From the NCBI GenBank assembly GCA_963768775.1, contig CAVYIY010000005.1, positions 79,776-143,775 of the forward strand: a stretch of DNA of 64,000 nucleotides, written 5' to 3'. Every line of letters begins with the position of its first letter. Position 1 is the stretch's first letter. The DNA is from Methanomassiliicoccaceae archaeon (GTDB taxonomy: Archaea > Thermoplasmatota > Thermoplasmata > Methanomassiliicoccales > UBA472). A program made the position numbers and the translations under genes. Positions 51,128 through 61,160 of this stretch are shown piece by piece. Below the pieces are notes generated by a model. It ran no database searches. It was not told where the DNA came from and worked only from the letters and a program-made list of their open reading frames with translations.

Positions 51128-51511
51128 GTGCTGGACAAACAGTAAAGATTAGGGATTTAACACGCTAACAAGTGCAAGCTAAGACGTATGCACGATTATT
51201 CTCCGATTTTCCGCCGCATTTAAAGCAACTTCCTGCAAAGAGCTCTTCCTGCTAGGAAGTTGCGTCCCTCGGGGTACGAATCGCTAGTTGCTCTAACGCG
51301 GAAAATCATTTCGGAGAATGAACTGTTGGCCCTGGCCCCTATATCGAAATCATGGGAGCGTACGGAAGCTGCGAGACCTGGATGCAGCATGCGAAAGGGC
51401 ATTATCACAATATAGACATACGAGGCTTATTCTCGGGCGATTTCTTCAGGACATCGCGCTTCTCTTCTTCTTCGTCCAGATCATCCATGCCGTCTTGCAT
51501 GAGGATTCCCC

Positions 51512-52630
51512 CTATCTTTTGAGGGTTTCATTCTTGGACAAGACTTGGTCCGTATCCTTCTTTGTCATGCGGTAATATGGCTGAGGTGGAGAGGGTGAGA
51601 AGCAATCATCTTTGAACTCTGTAGCCATGATGTCGCGATCGAACAATGTTGAATTCACCGCCTTTCGCACGGAGTCCCTGAGCTTGTCGGGAGTGGAGGC
51701 TATCCTGGCATTGACCAACATCTCTACCTTGCCCTGCGCATACCTAGAGCCCCTCACACCATCGACGCTGACAGTCGATCCCACTAGACACATCTTGACG
51801 GCGTTGGTCTCGGAAATGATCATCACCTTGGTGTGGGCGACATCTGAAGCAGTGTAGTTGGAGGCGATTCGCTTTAGCAATTTCATGATTAAGTCATAGG
51901 TATCGATCTTCTTCTCCGCCAGGAATTCAATCTTGCCATTGTACCAGCCCAATTCTGCTTCGGCCTTGGCATAGATGTCATAGTTGATTTCCTTAGGCGC
52001 TCGGCTGCTGGTCTTCTTGGAATCAATGATGGAAAGTATCCTGTCAAACCCCACTTCGTTGAGCAACGAGTAGGGGATCACTTCTGCAGCGGGATTGATC
52101 TCTCCGATGGCCTTGGTAATTTCCTTGACCTCGGCGGCTTGTGTCAGGTCCACCTTTGAGAGCACAATATATTCCGCCTCTTCGATCTGATGATGCTTCA
52201 AGTAGCCGCGGAGCGAGTTCTGGGTGAGTCCTTCTGTTGCTACACTCGAGGCATCAAGGACGATGAGCAATGGTGCGACTGAAAAAGCCTCAGCATAGAT
52301 CACCTTCAAAGGCCCGATGACGGTTGCGAGGAGGTCGGTGCAGCTTCCCACTGGCTCAGCTATGACGATGTCAGGGTTGGACTTCTTTATCAGCCCCTCC
52401 GCATCGTTCACGAAATCGGGGAAGCGACAGCAGAAGCACCCACCCTGGACATCGCATGTGTCGATCTTCTGCTCGCATGAGTATCGGCTGTCGACCAGGT
52501 CCGTCCCTTGGTCGTTCATTATGATGCCGACCCTCTTTCCATCACCGATCAAGGACTTTGCCATCCTGGTGATTAAGGTCGTTTTTCCTGCCCCTAGGAA
52601 TCCACCGACTATCGCGATTCTTGTTCTCAT
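51512..52630 (-). CDS. CobW/COG0523-family G3E GTPase (putative metallochaperone)
   Basis: GGFLGAGKTT, GGCFCC, EPVGSC, SKVD, AEAELGW.N. Confidence 0.88.
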   Translation of the reverse strand: MRTRIAIVGGFLGAGKTTLITRMAKSLIGDGKRVGIIMNDQGTDLVDSRYSCEQKIDTCDVQGGCFCCRFPDFVNDAEGLIKKSNPDIVIAEPVGSCTDLLATVIGPLKVIYAEAFSVAPLLIVLDASSVATEGLTQNSLRGYLKHHQIEEAEYIVLSKVDLTQAAEVKEITKAIGEINPAAEVIPYSLLNEVGFDRILSIIDSKKTSSRAPKEINYDIYAKAEAELGWYNGKIEFLAEKKIDTYDLIMKLLKRIASNYTASDVAHTKVMIISETNAVKMCLVGSTVSVDGVRGSRYAQGKVEMLVNARIASTPDKLRDSVRKAVNSTLFDRDIMATEFKDDCFSPSPPQPYYRMTKKDTDQVLSKNETLKR

Positions 52631-52810
52631 GGGCCCATTCCAATCATCAAATTGAGTTCATGTATTAATATTGTATTTCATTATCAAATATTCTACTAAT
52701 TAACTTATGGCATTTGCTCATTTCGGAGGCTCGAGTTGACTCAATTATTTAATTTAATTATCAAATATTTATACTCGGACTTTGTGCATCCCCATGGCAA
52801 GCTTTAGGAC

Positions 52811-53617
52811 TTGCCGAGGGGCGAGAAATTGCCGACGCTCAAGCAGAATCTGATGGCCGAGTTCATCGGCTCATTGTTCTTGGTCGTGGTGGCCATCGGT
52901 TCCACCATACTGCCTATGACTTTGTCCGGTGTCACAATCGCACTGGTCGTGTTCATTAATGCGGTCGCAGTCGCCATGGTCCTTTTCGCTTTGATTGAGT
53001 CCCTCGGCTCCATTTCGGGTGCCCACTTCAACCCTGCGGTAACCCTTGCCCTGCTTTCCGCAAAGCAGATTTCGCCCAGGAAGGCTAGCTATTACATCAT
53101 GGCCCAGCTTGCTGGCGGTCTTGTCGGGTTGTTGGTCGTAGGATTTATGTTCTATGACTTCAACTCTGCAATCCTCACTGTTTCGGGCAATGCAAAGAAT
53201 TATGGCCAGGTATTTGCTGAGTTTATTGGAACCTTCATCCTAATTGGGGTCATCATCGGTTGCGTTAGAGGTGGTTCCAAGCACACCGGCCTTTCAGTGG
53301 CGTTCGTGGTCGGCGGAATGCTGATCACAACTGCTAGTACGATGTACGCCAACCCCATGATCTCCCTCACCCGTATTTTCACCTACGCAATCTGCGGCAT
53401 CGCCCCTGACTGGGCAACATTGTTCGTCATCGCTGAAATCGTAGGAGCCCTCGTCGCCGCTTACGTGTTCGGAATCATGTTCCCGACCAAACTCAGGGAG
53501 AAGTGCGACCCGTTCGAGTGCCCGCCTCAGAAACCGATCGCGATCGGAATGGACACTGGGCCGAAGATAGAGAAATGCGCCCCTTACGAATGCCCGAAGG
53601 ACATCAAGCAGCCATGA
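52811..53617 (+). CDS. MIP/aquaporin-family channel with Cys-repeat C-terminal tail (start uncertain)
   Basis: AEF.GS, SGAHFNPAVT, second loop YANP; tail EKCDPFECP...EKCAPYECP. Confidence 0.88.
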   Translation: MPRGEKLPTLKQNLMAEFIGSLFLVVVAIGSTILPMTLSGVTIALVVFINAVAVAMVLFALIESLGSISGAHFNPAVTLALLSAKQISPRKASYYIMAQLAGGLVGLLVVGFMFYDFNSAILTVSGNAKNYGQVFAEFIGTFILIGVIIGCVRGGSKHTGLSVAFVVGGMLITTASTMYANPMISLTRIFTYAICGIAPDWATLFVIAEIVGALVAAYVFGIMFPTKLREKCDPFECPPQKPIAIGMDTGPKIEKCAPYECPKDIKQP

Positions 53618-53745
53618 TAAGAAAGAGCCATCCGTCCAGTCCCGGGCTGCTATGATGAAGCGACGGTCAGGGGCGATCTAGTATGCCAGCAGCATCGAGC
53701 TAAGAAGCATATTAATAACTCGGCGGTCATGCTTCCTTGGTTCCC

Positions 53746-54786
53746 ATGGACATCGAGGCCCGCTACCAGCTGATCGCGCGCAACACCGAGGAGATCGTAA
53801 CTGGTGAAGAGCTGAAGCACCTCTTAGAGACAAAGGATGCTCCCCGCGCCTACGTCGGTTTCGAGCCCTCAGGCATGGTACATGCTGGCTGGATGATAGT
53901 TGCTAGCAAGATCAAGGACTTCGTCGAGGCAGGCTTCGATTTCACGATCTTCTTCGCCGATTGGCACGCCTACATCAACGACAAGCTGGGCGGCGACATC
54001 GAGCACATCAGGCTCTGCGCGCATTACATGAAGGACTGCTTCGAGGCGCTGGGCGTGCCCAGGGAGAAGGTCAAGTTCGAGTACGCCTCGACCATCATGG
54101 ACGATATCGATTATTGGGAGAAGGTCATCAGGATCGGGAAGGCCTCGAGCTTGTCCCGGGTGAAGAGGGCCATGACCATCATGGGAAGGACGGAGGACGA
54201 GGCCGAGGTGGACTCGTCGAAGATGCTCTACCCCCTGATGCAGGCGGCGGACATCTTCGCCATGGACCTGGACGTCGCCTACTCCGGATTGGACCAGAGG
54301 CGAGCGCATATGCTGGCCCGCGATGCCGCGGACAAGCTGGCGTGGAAGAAGCCGATGGCGGTGCACACACCCCTCCTCGCCGGACTGAAGGGAGGGAATC
54401 GCATGGACCCCGTGACTTCCAAGATGTCGAAGACCGACCCGGATTCCGGGATCCTGATCCACGACAGCCCGGAGGACATCAAGCGGAAGATCGGCAAGGC
54501 GTTCTGCCCGCCCGAGGTCGAAGGCAACCCGGTCTTGGACATGGCGCGATTGGTCCTGTTCCAACGGCAGAGCGAACTGGTGATCGACCGCCCCGAGAAG
54601 TTCGGGGGCCCCGTTCATTTCCATTCGTTCCAGGAGCTGCAGGATACCTACGCCGCGGGAAAGCTTCACCCCATGGACCTGAAGAACGGTGTCGCGGCCG
54701 GAATGGCGGACACACTGGCTCCGGTCAGGGAGTACTTCCAGCATCATCCCAAGAACTTGGAAGCCTTGCGCGCTTTGTTCAAGTGA
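53746..54786 (+). CDS. tyrS: Tyrosine--tRNA ligase (archaeal type)
   Basis: YVGFEPSG..H.G, ADWHA, YP.MQ.ADI, G.DQR..H, KMSK, LHPMDLK. Confidence 0.96.
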   Translation: MDIEARYQLIARNTEEIVTGEELKHLLETKDAPRAYVGFEPSGMVHAGWMIVASKIKDFVEAGFDFTIFFADWHAYINDKLGGDIEHIRLCAHYMKDCFEALGVPREKVKFEYASTIMDDIDYWEKVIRIGKASSLSRVKRAMTIMGRTEDEAEVDSSKMLYPLMQAADIFAMDLDVAYSGLDQRRAHMLARDAADKLAWKKPMAVHTPLLAGLKGGNRMDPVTSKMSKTDPDSGILIHDSPEDIKRKIGKAFCPPEVEGNPVLDMARLVLFQRQSELVIDRPEKFGGPVHFHSFQELQDTYAAGKLHPMDLKNGVAAGMADTLAPVREYFQHHPKNLEALRALFK

Positions 54787-54824
54787 GCTATCCCGGTGCA
54801 TGATCGGGTTCGGCTCGATCTTCT

Positions 54825-55787
54825 CTAAGGTCCTTCCTTTTCGGCCTGCTTTTGGGCGCGGAAGAAGTCAAGAGCGCGCGACATGCAGATGTTGAGCATC
54901 GCTTCCACGTCGCCGACGCCGACCAGGCCGGCCGCTCCGCCGTGCCCTCCGCCGTCGTTCGAGGTCTCCACGCCGATGTCCTCCAGCAGCTTGCCCAGGT
55001 GCAGTCCCATGCGCACGATGTCCGCCCGGGCGCGGGCGCTCACCCGGAACTGCTCGTCCCTCTGGCTGCCGACGAAGGCGACGTCCGCGCCCAGCCCGAG
55101 CATCGCCTTGCAGACCGAGCTCTCGAAGGCGCTGCCGTAGCTTATGACGATGAGGTGATCGCCGCAGCGCTCGAAGCGCAGCCGCTGGGCGCCCTTGAGC
55201 TGGGAGATCCTCTCCGAGAGGTCTTGCTCTACGTCGGTGAGGTCGAGGACCTCGTCGATCTCGATTCGTTCCTCGGCCATGATGTCCGCGAAGGCGCGCA
55301 GGAGCTCCGGCGTGGCGTACTTGAAATGGCCGCTGTCGGTCAGCATCCCCGCCAGAAGCGCCAAGCCGACCTGCCGGCCCCGCGGGATGCCCGCCTCCTT
55401 GAGCATGCGGTAGACGATCTCGGCGCAGGAGCGCTTGGTCTCGTCGCAGTAATAGGTATGGCCGCTCCAGCGGTCCGAGCGGGCATGATGGTCGATGACG
55501 ATGCAATCCTCGGGCACCTTCAGCGGACCCAATTGGTCCGGCGAGCTGGTGTCCAGGATGACGATGCGGTCGAACGCCTCCAGGTCCGCCCTCTCCGCCA
55601 CCACGAACTGCAGCTTCTCCGCGATCAGCTTGGAGATGCGGTCCATTCCTCCGGGGGTGACCACGGTCACGTCCGGGAAGGCGCTGAAGATGGCATAGGC
55701 GCAGCCCAGTGCGTCCGGGTCCGCGTTGCCGTGCATCAGGACGAGCTTCTTTCCCTTGGACAATTCAGAAGCGATGGAGCTGAGCAT
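54825..55787 (-). CDS. DHH-family phosphoesterase
   Basis: H.NADPD, LDT, IDHH, TDSG, GGGH..AAG. Confidence 0.9.
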   Translation of the reverse strand: MLSSIASELSKGKKLVLMHGNADPDALGCAYAIFSAFPDVTVVTPGGMDRISKLIAEKLQFVVAERADLEAFDRIVILDTSSPDQLGPLKVPEDCIVIDHHARSDRWSGHTYYCDETKRSCAEIVYRMLKEAGIPRGRQVGLALLAGMLTDSGHFKYATPELLRAFADIMAEERIEIDEVLDLTDVEQDLSERISQLKGAQRLRFERCGDHLIVISYGSAFESSVCKAMLGLGADVAFVGSQRDEQFRVSARARADIVRMGLHLGKLLEDIGVETSNDGGGHGGAAGLVGVGDVEAMLNICMSRALDFFRAQKQAEKEGP

Positions 55788-55871
55788 GCAATCAGCCTAA
55801 CAAAATGTCCGTATTTCCATCTTTCGAAGCTAGTGCGCTAGAATGATAGAATGAAGGATTGGCGAAAGGGT

Positions 55872-56244
55872 TTAGTTCTCTTTCTCTGAAGGCACCGCGC
55901 CAGCACCCAGGGCCTTGTTGAGCTGTTCCTGCATGGTCTGGTACTTCTCGCGCAGGATCTTCTCCTGTCGGTCGAGGGTCTTGACGCGGACCTCGGTGGT
56001 CTCCTTGTCGTCCTCGATCTCCTTGAGTAGGGCGCCCTTGTCCGAGGACCTTGATCATCAGCGAGCCGACGTTCTTGTAGACTGGTCCGTCCTCAGGGGA
56101 CTTCTTGAGCTCCTCGATGGTCATCTCCATCTCCTTGAGCTGCGATTCCATCCTGAACTTCTGGCTCAGCACGGCTGCAGCTGCTGCTGCAGCTGCTTGG
56201 AACTGGGCGATCTGGTTCTGGAGTTTGGGGCTGATATCATCCAT
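55872..56244 (-). CDS. pfdB: Prefoldin beta subunit (frameshifted)
   Basis: ISPKLQNQIAQFQ, CAG-rich Q tract, VYK.VG.LMI. Confidence 0.88.
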
Positions 56245-56245
56245 T

Positions 56246-56482
56246 TCACTCACCTACTGTTTTGCTCATCTCCTCCGCTATCTTGCATCCATCGGAGGTA
56301 GGAATTGAGCGCCGCCCTCAGGCGCCGACAGGTCGGTCGCCTCCAGCCGTCAGGACCATCTTGCACCCGTCCAGCTCGGCGTCGACCTTGGTGCGCGGTA
56401 TCTCCCTTCCCGCCTCGGGGGAGATGGCGCCAGTACACCGTGGCGGCATGGTCGCGCGGACCGTCAGGGTGGCCCGGAGCAT
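56246..56482 (-). CDS. pcc1: KEOPS subunit Pcc1 (frameshifted)
   Basis: LRAALNSYLRW motif; position between rpoP and pfdB. Confidence 0.85.
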
Positions 56483-56485
56483 CTC

Positions 56486-56637
56486 TCACCTGCCCTTTAT
56501 GACCTTCTTGACGTTCGGCCGCTCCTTGTAGAAGATCTTGGAGCCGCAGTTCTCGCACTGCATGCCCACCGCGTTGACGTTGGAGCGGATGGGCTTTTCG
56601 CAGCTCCCGCACTTATACGTCGTTGTTCTCCTCCACT
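56486..56637 (-). CDS. rpoP: RNA polymerase subunit P/Rpo12 (start obscured by indels)
   Basis: YKCGSC...C.NCGSKIFYK.RP...K. Confidence 0.9.
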
Positions 56638-56898
56638 GGTCTGGCCTCGGGCTCGCTCTTCCTTGGAGGTGATCTTCTTGGTCCTGGGGGTGTAGCAGGC
56701 GGCGGCGAACTTGGCGTCGCAGTGCCTGCACTCCCAGATGCCGGAGGCCTTCCGCTTGACGCTCATGTGGTGGCAGGTGGGGCACTCGAATTTCGACCTC
56801 TCGATCTTCTCGATGTCCCTCGTCAGCTTCCTGATGACGACACCGTATCTGGCTCCGAACCTTCCGGCGCTTCCGGCCTTCACTGTTCTCTTTGCCAT
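56635..56898 (-). CDS. rpl37ae: Ribosomal protein eL43 (L37ae)
   Basis: RT.K.GSAGRFG.RYG, CPTC, GIW.C..C...FA. Confidence 0.93.
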
Positions 56899-56903
56899 TG
56901 ATT

Positions 56904-57683
56904 TCACCCTATCAGTTTTCTCATCTCGTTGCCTAGTCTGCTGGGAGGTCTCGATCATCGTTCTTGACCTGATCCATGGTGAGCGCTCCGCGTGAGTCCC
57001 TTCTGCATGGCCCTCAGGTCACCGTTCTCGTCAGTGGTCACGGTCAGACGTAGCTGCTGCGACCTTTTCTTCGTCGAGAGTCGGGTCGACCAATATAGAG
57101 TTTTCTATCTGCACGGCGGTGAGCTGATCGGGCATGTGGTTGATCGGCATCGGGAAGTCCTCGCCCTTGCCGTTCTCCTTCGCCGGCACCATGGCGATCT
57201 TGAGCGCCGCGACCGCTCCCAGGGACGCCGCGTCGAACAGGTTGCCGTCGTAGTCCAGGACGTAGATGTCGATGAAGTTGATCCAGACCTCCTTGCCCGG
57301 CTCGATGCACAGCTTCTCCAGGTCGATCATCTGCGATCTCCCGGATGCCGCGGTCGACGACTCGGGCCAGCTCGATCGAGTTCTCGTCTGGCGGCCCGGA
57401 CTCGAAGGTCGGGGATGCCATCGGGATCAGCTCGGCGTTGGTGGAGAGCACGCCCTTGTTCGGGGTGTCCTCGAACGGCGTGCCGATGGCCATCTTGACT
57501 CCGACCAGCACGTCGGTGTTGCCCAGCTTGACCCGGGCGGAACCTTCGGCGGTCTCGATGAAGTTGGTCTCAATGGAGATCTGACGGAACTCGTCCCAGG
57601 CGCGTCCGTCGACGCGCTTGCCCTTCGGCAATGAGCTTGTGGATATGGTCCCTCTTGATCTCGGATACGATCGATCGTGCCAT
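56904..57683 (-). CDS. rrp42: Exosome subunit Rrp42 (frameshifted)
   Basis: [41 protein letters not shown]. Confidence 0.92.
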
Positions 57684-57685
57684 GT

Positions 57686-58464
57686 TCAGGCCTCCTGCCG
57701 TCTGCTCGCCGGCAGGCGCTTCCGCCTCATCGACCGCCTTCTCGATCGCGTACCGGCGGCGCCAAGGCGTCCTTCTGCAGCTCGTAGATCTTCTTGCAGG
57801 CGCCGACGCCCATCTCCAGGGCGCTGGTCGAACTCGGCCTCGGTCAGGTGGCCGTCCATCTGCAGCAGGATCACCTCTCCGGTGCGGGGGATCATGGCTA
57901 TCGGCAGGTCCGCCTGACCGAAGTTGTCCTCTTCCTTGTTCAGGTCCAGGACCACCTGATCGTTGACCTTTCCGACGGCGACCGCCGGGACCAGGTCCCT
58001 CATCGGTATGCCAGCGTCGGCCAGCGCCACCGAGGCGGCGGTCAGGCCGGCGCATCTGGTGCCGGCGTTCGCCTGCAGCACCTCGATGTAGACGTCGATG
58101 GAGGTGCGGGGATAGTTCTCGGTGAAGACCACGTACTCCAACGCCTCGGAGATGATCTTGGAGATCTCCACCGAGCGGCGGTCCGGTCCCGGCCTCTTGC
58201 GGTCGCTCGACCGAGAACGAGATCATGTTGTACTTGCACTGCACGATGGCCTTGGCCGGGTTCTGCATGTGCCGGGGGTGGCATTCCCTGCGGGCCGTAC
58301 ACCGCGGCCAGCACCTTGTTCTTCCCGATCTCCACGTATGCGGAGCCGTCGGCGCTCTTCAGCACGCCGGCCTCGATCTTTATGGGGCGGAGCTCGTCCA
58401 CCTTCCGCCCGTCTATTCTGATGCCGTTGTCGTCAATGAGTTTCATGTTGCTGTTTCCACCCAT
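57686..58464 (-). CDS. rrp41: Exosome subunit Rrp41 (frameshifted)
   Basis: R.DGR..DELRPI, ADGSAY, IEVLQA.AGTR, EEDN.G.AD.P, LLQMDG. Confidence 0.93.
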
Positions 58465-58476
58465 GTGATCACCCGA

Positions 58477-59187
58477 TCAGTTTGATGCCTCGCCTGGACC
58501 TTCTTGGTTACCGATTCCAGGTATTCCTTCACCTTCTCGGTCAAGCTGCGAGGTCTGCGCGTCCTCCTCGATCATCTTTATCGCCTGGATGGCGAACACC
58601 ATGTTCTCGATGTCGCCGTCCAGCCAGATCCTTCCGTTCTGCCCGATGAAGATGCGGCAGTTGGTGTAGGCTCTTGATCATCTGGATCATTGAACCGCCC
58701 TTGCCGATGACCCGTCGGCACCTTGCTGTAGGATATCTCCATGACCTGGCCGCCCTGACAGCTTGCGCAGCCCCTGCTCCTTCATGGTCACCTGCACCCG
58801 CTTGGTCTCGTCCACCATCAGCACCTTGGCCAGCAAGGTGTCGCCGACGTTCAGATACCTCGCCGTGTCCCCGAACTCCACTCTCCACGGGACCTCGTTC
58901 ACGTGCAGCGGCGCCGGGTAGGGGGAATTGATGTCGATGAGCCAGTTCGAAGGTCCGATGTCGACCACCTTGCCGATCACGGTGTCGCCCGGGGTGGGTA
59001 TGTACCGCCCGCCCAGAGGTATGACGTTCACGAAAGTTCGATTTGACGCTCTTGATGCCCAGTTGCGCGGCGTAGATCTTGCCGTCCTGCGACATAGGTG
59101 CCCGCCCCAGCCTTCAGCTTGCCGGCATCCAGCAGGTCACCGGGCAGGACGACCTCTCGGTCCCCCGCTCTCCATTTCATTTTCCAT
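58477..59187 (-). CDS. rrp4: Exosome RNA-binding subunit Rrp4 (frameshifted)
   Basis: VIPL.G.Y.P..GD.VIG, W..DI.SPY, RVIGK.GSMI, GQNGRIW. Confidence 0.9.
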
Positions 59188-59240
59188 GTAATCACTTCAC
59201 GAAATTGTATAGATCTTCTGCTCAGACCAGTTCATTCCGC

Positions 59241-59941
59241 TCAACTCTTGAGCTGCTTGGTCTCCACGTTGCCTTTCGTCTTTTCGTTGAGCTGGCGTAG
59301 AAGTCGTCCCTCATGCCCGCCGGGATCTCCACCACGCCGATCCAGCTCCCGTTCGGCTGCCACTCTTCCTTCTGGATCTTGCCGAAATGGACGATGTCCT
59401 CGTAGCAGCGGCCGTACTCCTCTCCGGTCAGCTTGACCGCGATGCGCATCTTGTCGAAGCGGATGGGGATGATCGGCCGCAGCTTGTCCAGGACGTCCTT
59501 GATCTGCACCTCGACCGACTTGAACGGGTCGATGTGCACCTTCGCCTCCTCCATCGCCATCTCGATCCGCTGGACCGGTGTGCGGCCCTCCGGTCTGGGG
59601 GTTGATGGCGTTGCGGGCGATCTCGGAGACGATGCGCGCTCCTCTTGCTCTCCAGCATCTCCTTGCGCTGCTGGGCGGTGAGCTGCACCTCGCCCTTGAG
59701 GATGATCGTCTTCGCGACCTCCATCGGGTCGATGGTGCCGAAGACCTCCTTCAGCTTCTCCTCCGGTGCGCGCGTTCCCTTGTGGGCGTTCTTGAAGATC
59801 TCGTCGATGACCATGTAGTCGATAGAGGTTGACCTCCTTGCCCTCCTTGAGGGATTTGACCACCTTCGGGTCTATCAGGATCTCGAAGGTCTCCCCATGG
59901 GATTCCAAGCGGGCCACTATCGCATCTTCGATGTCGACCAT
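59241..59941 (-). CDS. Ribosome maturation factor SBDS/Sdo1 (frameshifted)
   Basis: A.VARL...GE.FEILIDP, FGT.D, GEVQLT..QR, HIDPFK, EEW...GSW. Confidence 0.92.
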
Positions 59942-59955
59942 CGACGGACCCCGAC

Positions 59956-60680
59956 TCAGGCGGCGTTGACCTTTTCGATGTAGGTCTCCACCTCCGAGTC
60001 GTCCAAGCGACGGAAGTTCTCTCCGCGGCTGCACGATGCCGATCTCCACGGCCTTGGGGTTGAGCTTCTCCTCTTCGGTCGCCTTCTTCAGCGCCTTGAG
60101 GCCCAGGACGACGGCGTCCTCCATGGCCATGCCTTCTTGGTACTCTTCCTCGAAGACCTCCATGACCACGTTGCGGCCGGCTCCGATGCTGCCTGCCTTG
60201 TAGGATACGAGCGCGCCGCTCGGGTCGGTCTCGAACAGGTGCTCGCCGTGCTCGTCCACCCCGGCGACCAGGAGGGCGGTTCCGAACGGCCTCACTCCGC
60301 CGTACTGGGTGTAGTTCTGCTTGTAGTCGCAGATCTTCTTGACCAGTTCCTCGACCGCCCATGTTCTCGTCGTAGGTGATCTTGTTGATCTGGGCGATTA
60401 CTCTGGCCTGGTCCACCAGTATCCGGGCGTCGGCCACGAGCCCAGAGGTGGCACATCCGATGTGGTCGTCGATCTGGAATATCTTCTCGATGGACTTCGG
60501 CTCCATGAGCCTGCTGGCGATCCTCTTGTCAACTATGAGGACGACCCCGTCCTTGAACTTCAGGCCGACGGTGGTGGTACCACGCTTTACCGCCTCTCTT
60601 GCGTATTCCACCTGGAATAGGCTTCCATCAGGAGAGAACACGGTTATGGCCCTATCGTATGCCATCTGTCCTGGTTGCAT
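59956..60680 (-). CDS. psmA: Proteasome subunit alpha (frameshifts)
   Basis: [41 protein letters not shown]. Confidence 0.96.
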
Positions 60681-60823
60681 CTAATACACTCCTATCGCTA
60701 GCTCGACGAACTCACCTAAAGTTCTGCACCGATATATATTTGTTGGGGATGATGACCTCGAGCCAGAACGGTCATATGGCAGGGATGAAAAAACCTCCTA
60801 TTTCCTCGATGCTTTGCCTCGGC

Positions 60824-61153
60824 TCATCCTCGCGGCCTTTCGGGCTTCACCAGACCGATGCGCGAGCGCAGCGCCTTCAGCGTCCCGGAGGTGCAAAGGG
60901 TCCGGAAGCGGATCTCGCTCTCGCCTTGACCGATGGACTGGTTCAATGCTTCGATCACCGCTTCCGTCTCCGGCTCCAGGCAGCGCACGATGCCCAATCC
61001 GCCCTCCAGCTGGATCAGCTTCGGCATCCTCTGGCCCGATCGATGGAAGAGGCCCTGCAGCGCCGATGACAGCCGCTCGTAGGTCAACGAGCCGGCGCCG
61101 CTCGCCTCGAACGCTATGTACCTGCGCCTTCCCCGTTTTTCCTTGACCACCAT
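60824..61153 (-). CDS. rnp2: RNase P protein Pop5/Rpp14
   Basis: R.RYIAF, GIVRC, TSGTLK; position upstream of psmA. Confidence 0.85.
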   Translation of the reverse strand: MVVKEKRGRRRYIAFEASGAGSLTYERLSSALQGLFHRSGQRMPKLIQLEGGLGIVRCLEPETEAVIEALNQSIGQGESEIRFRTLCTSGTLKALRSRIGLVKPERPRG

Positions 61154-61160
61154 GGAGGCC

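Noticed and set aside
56170-56200. CAG/CTG microsatellite giving a poly-Ala tract
   Set aside because: It is the Gln-rich coiled coil of prefoldin beta read out of frame.
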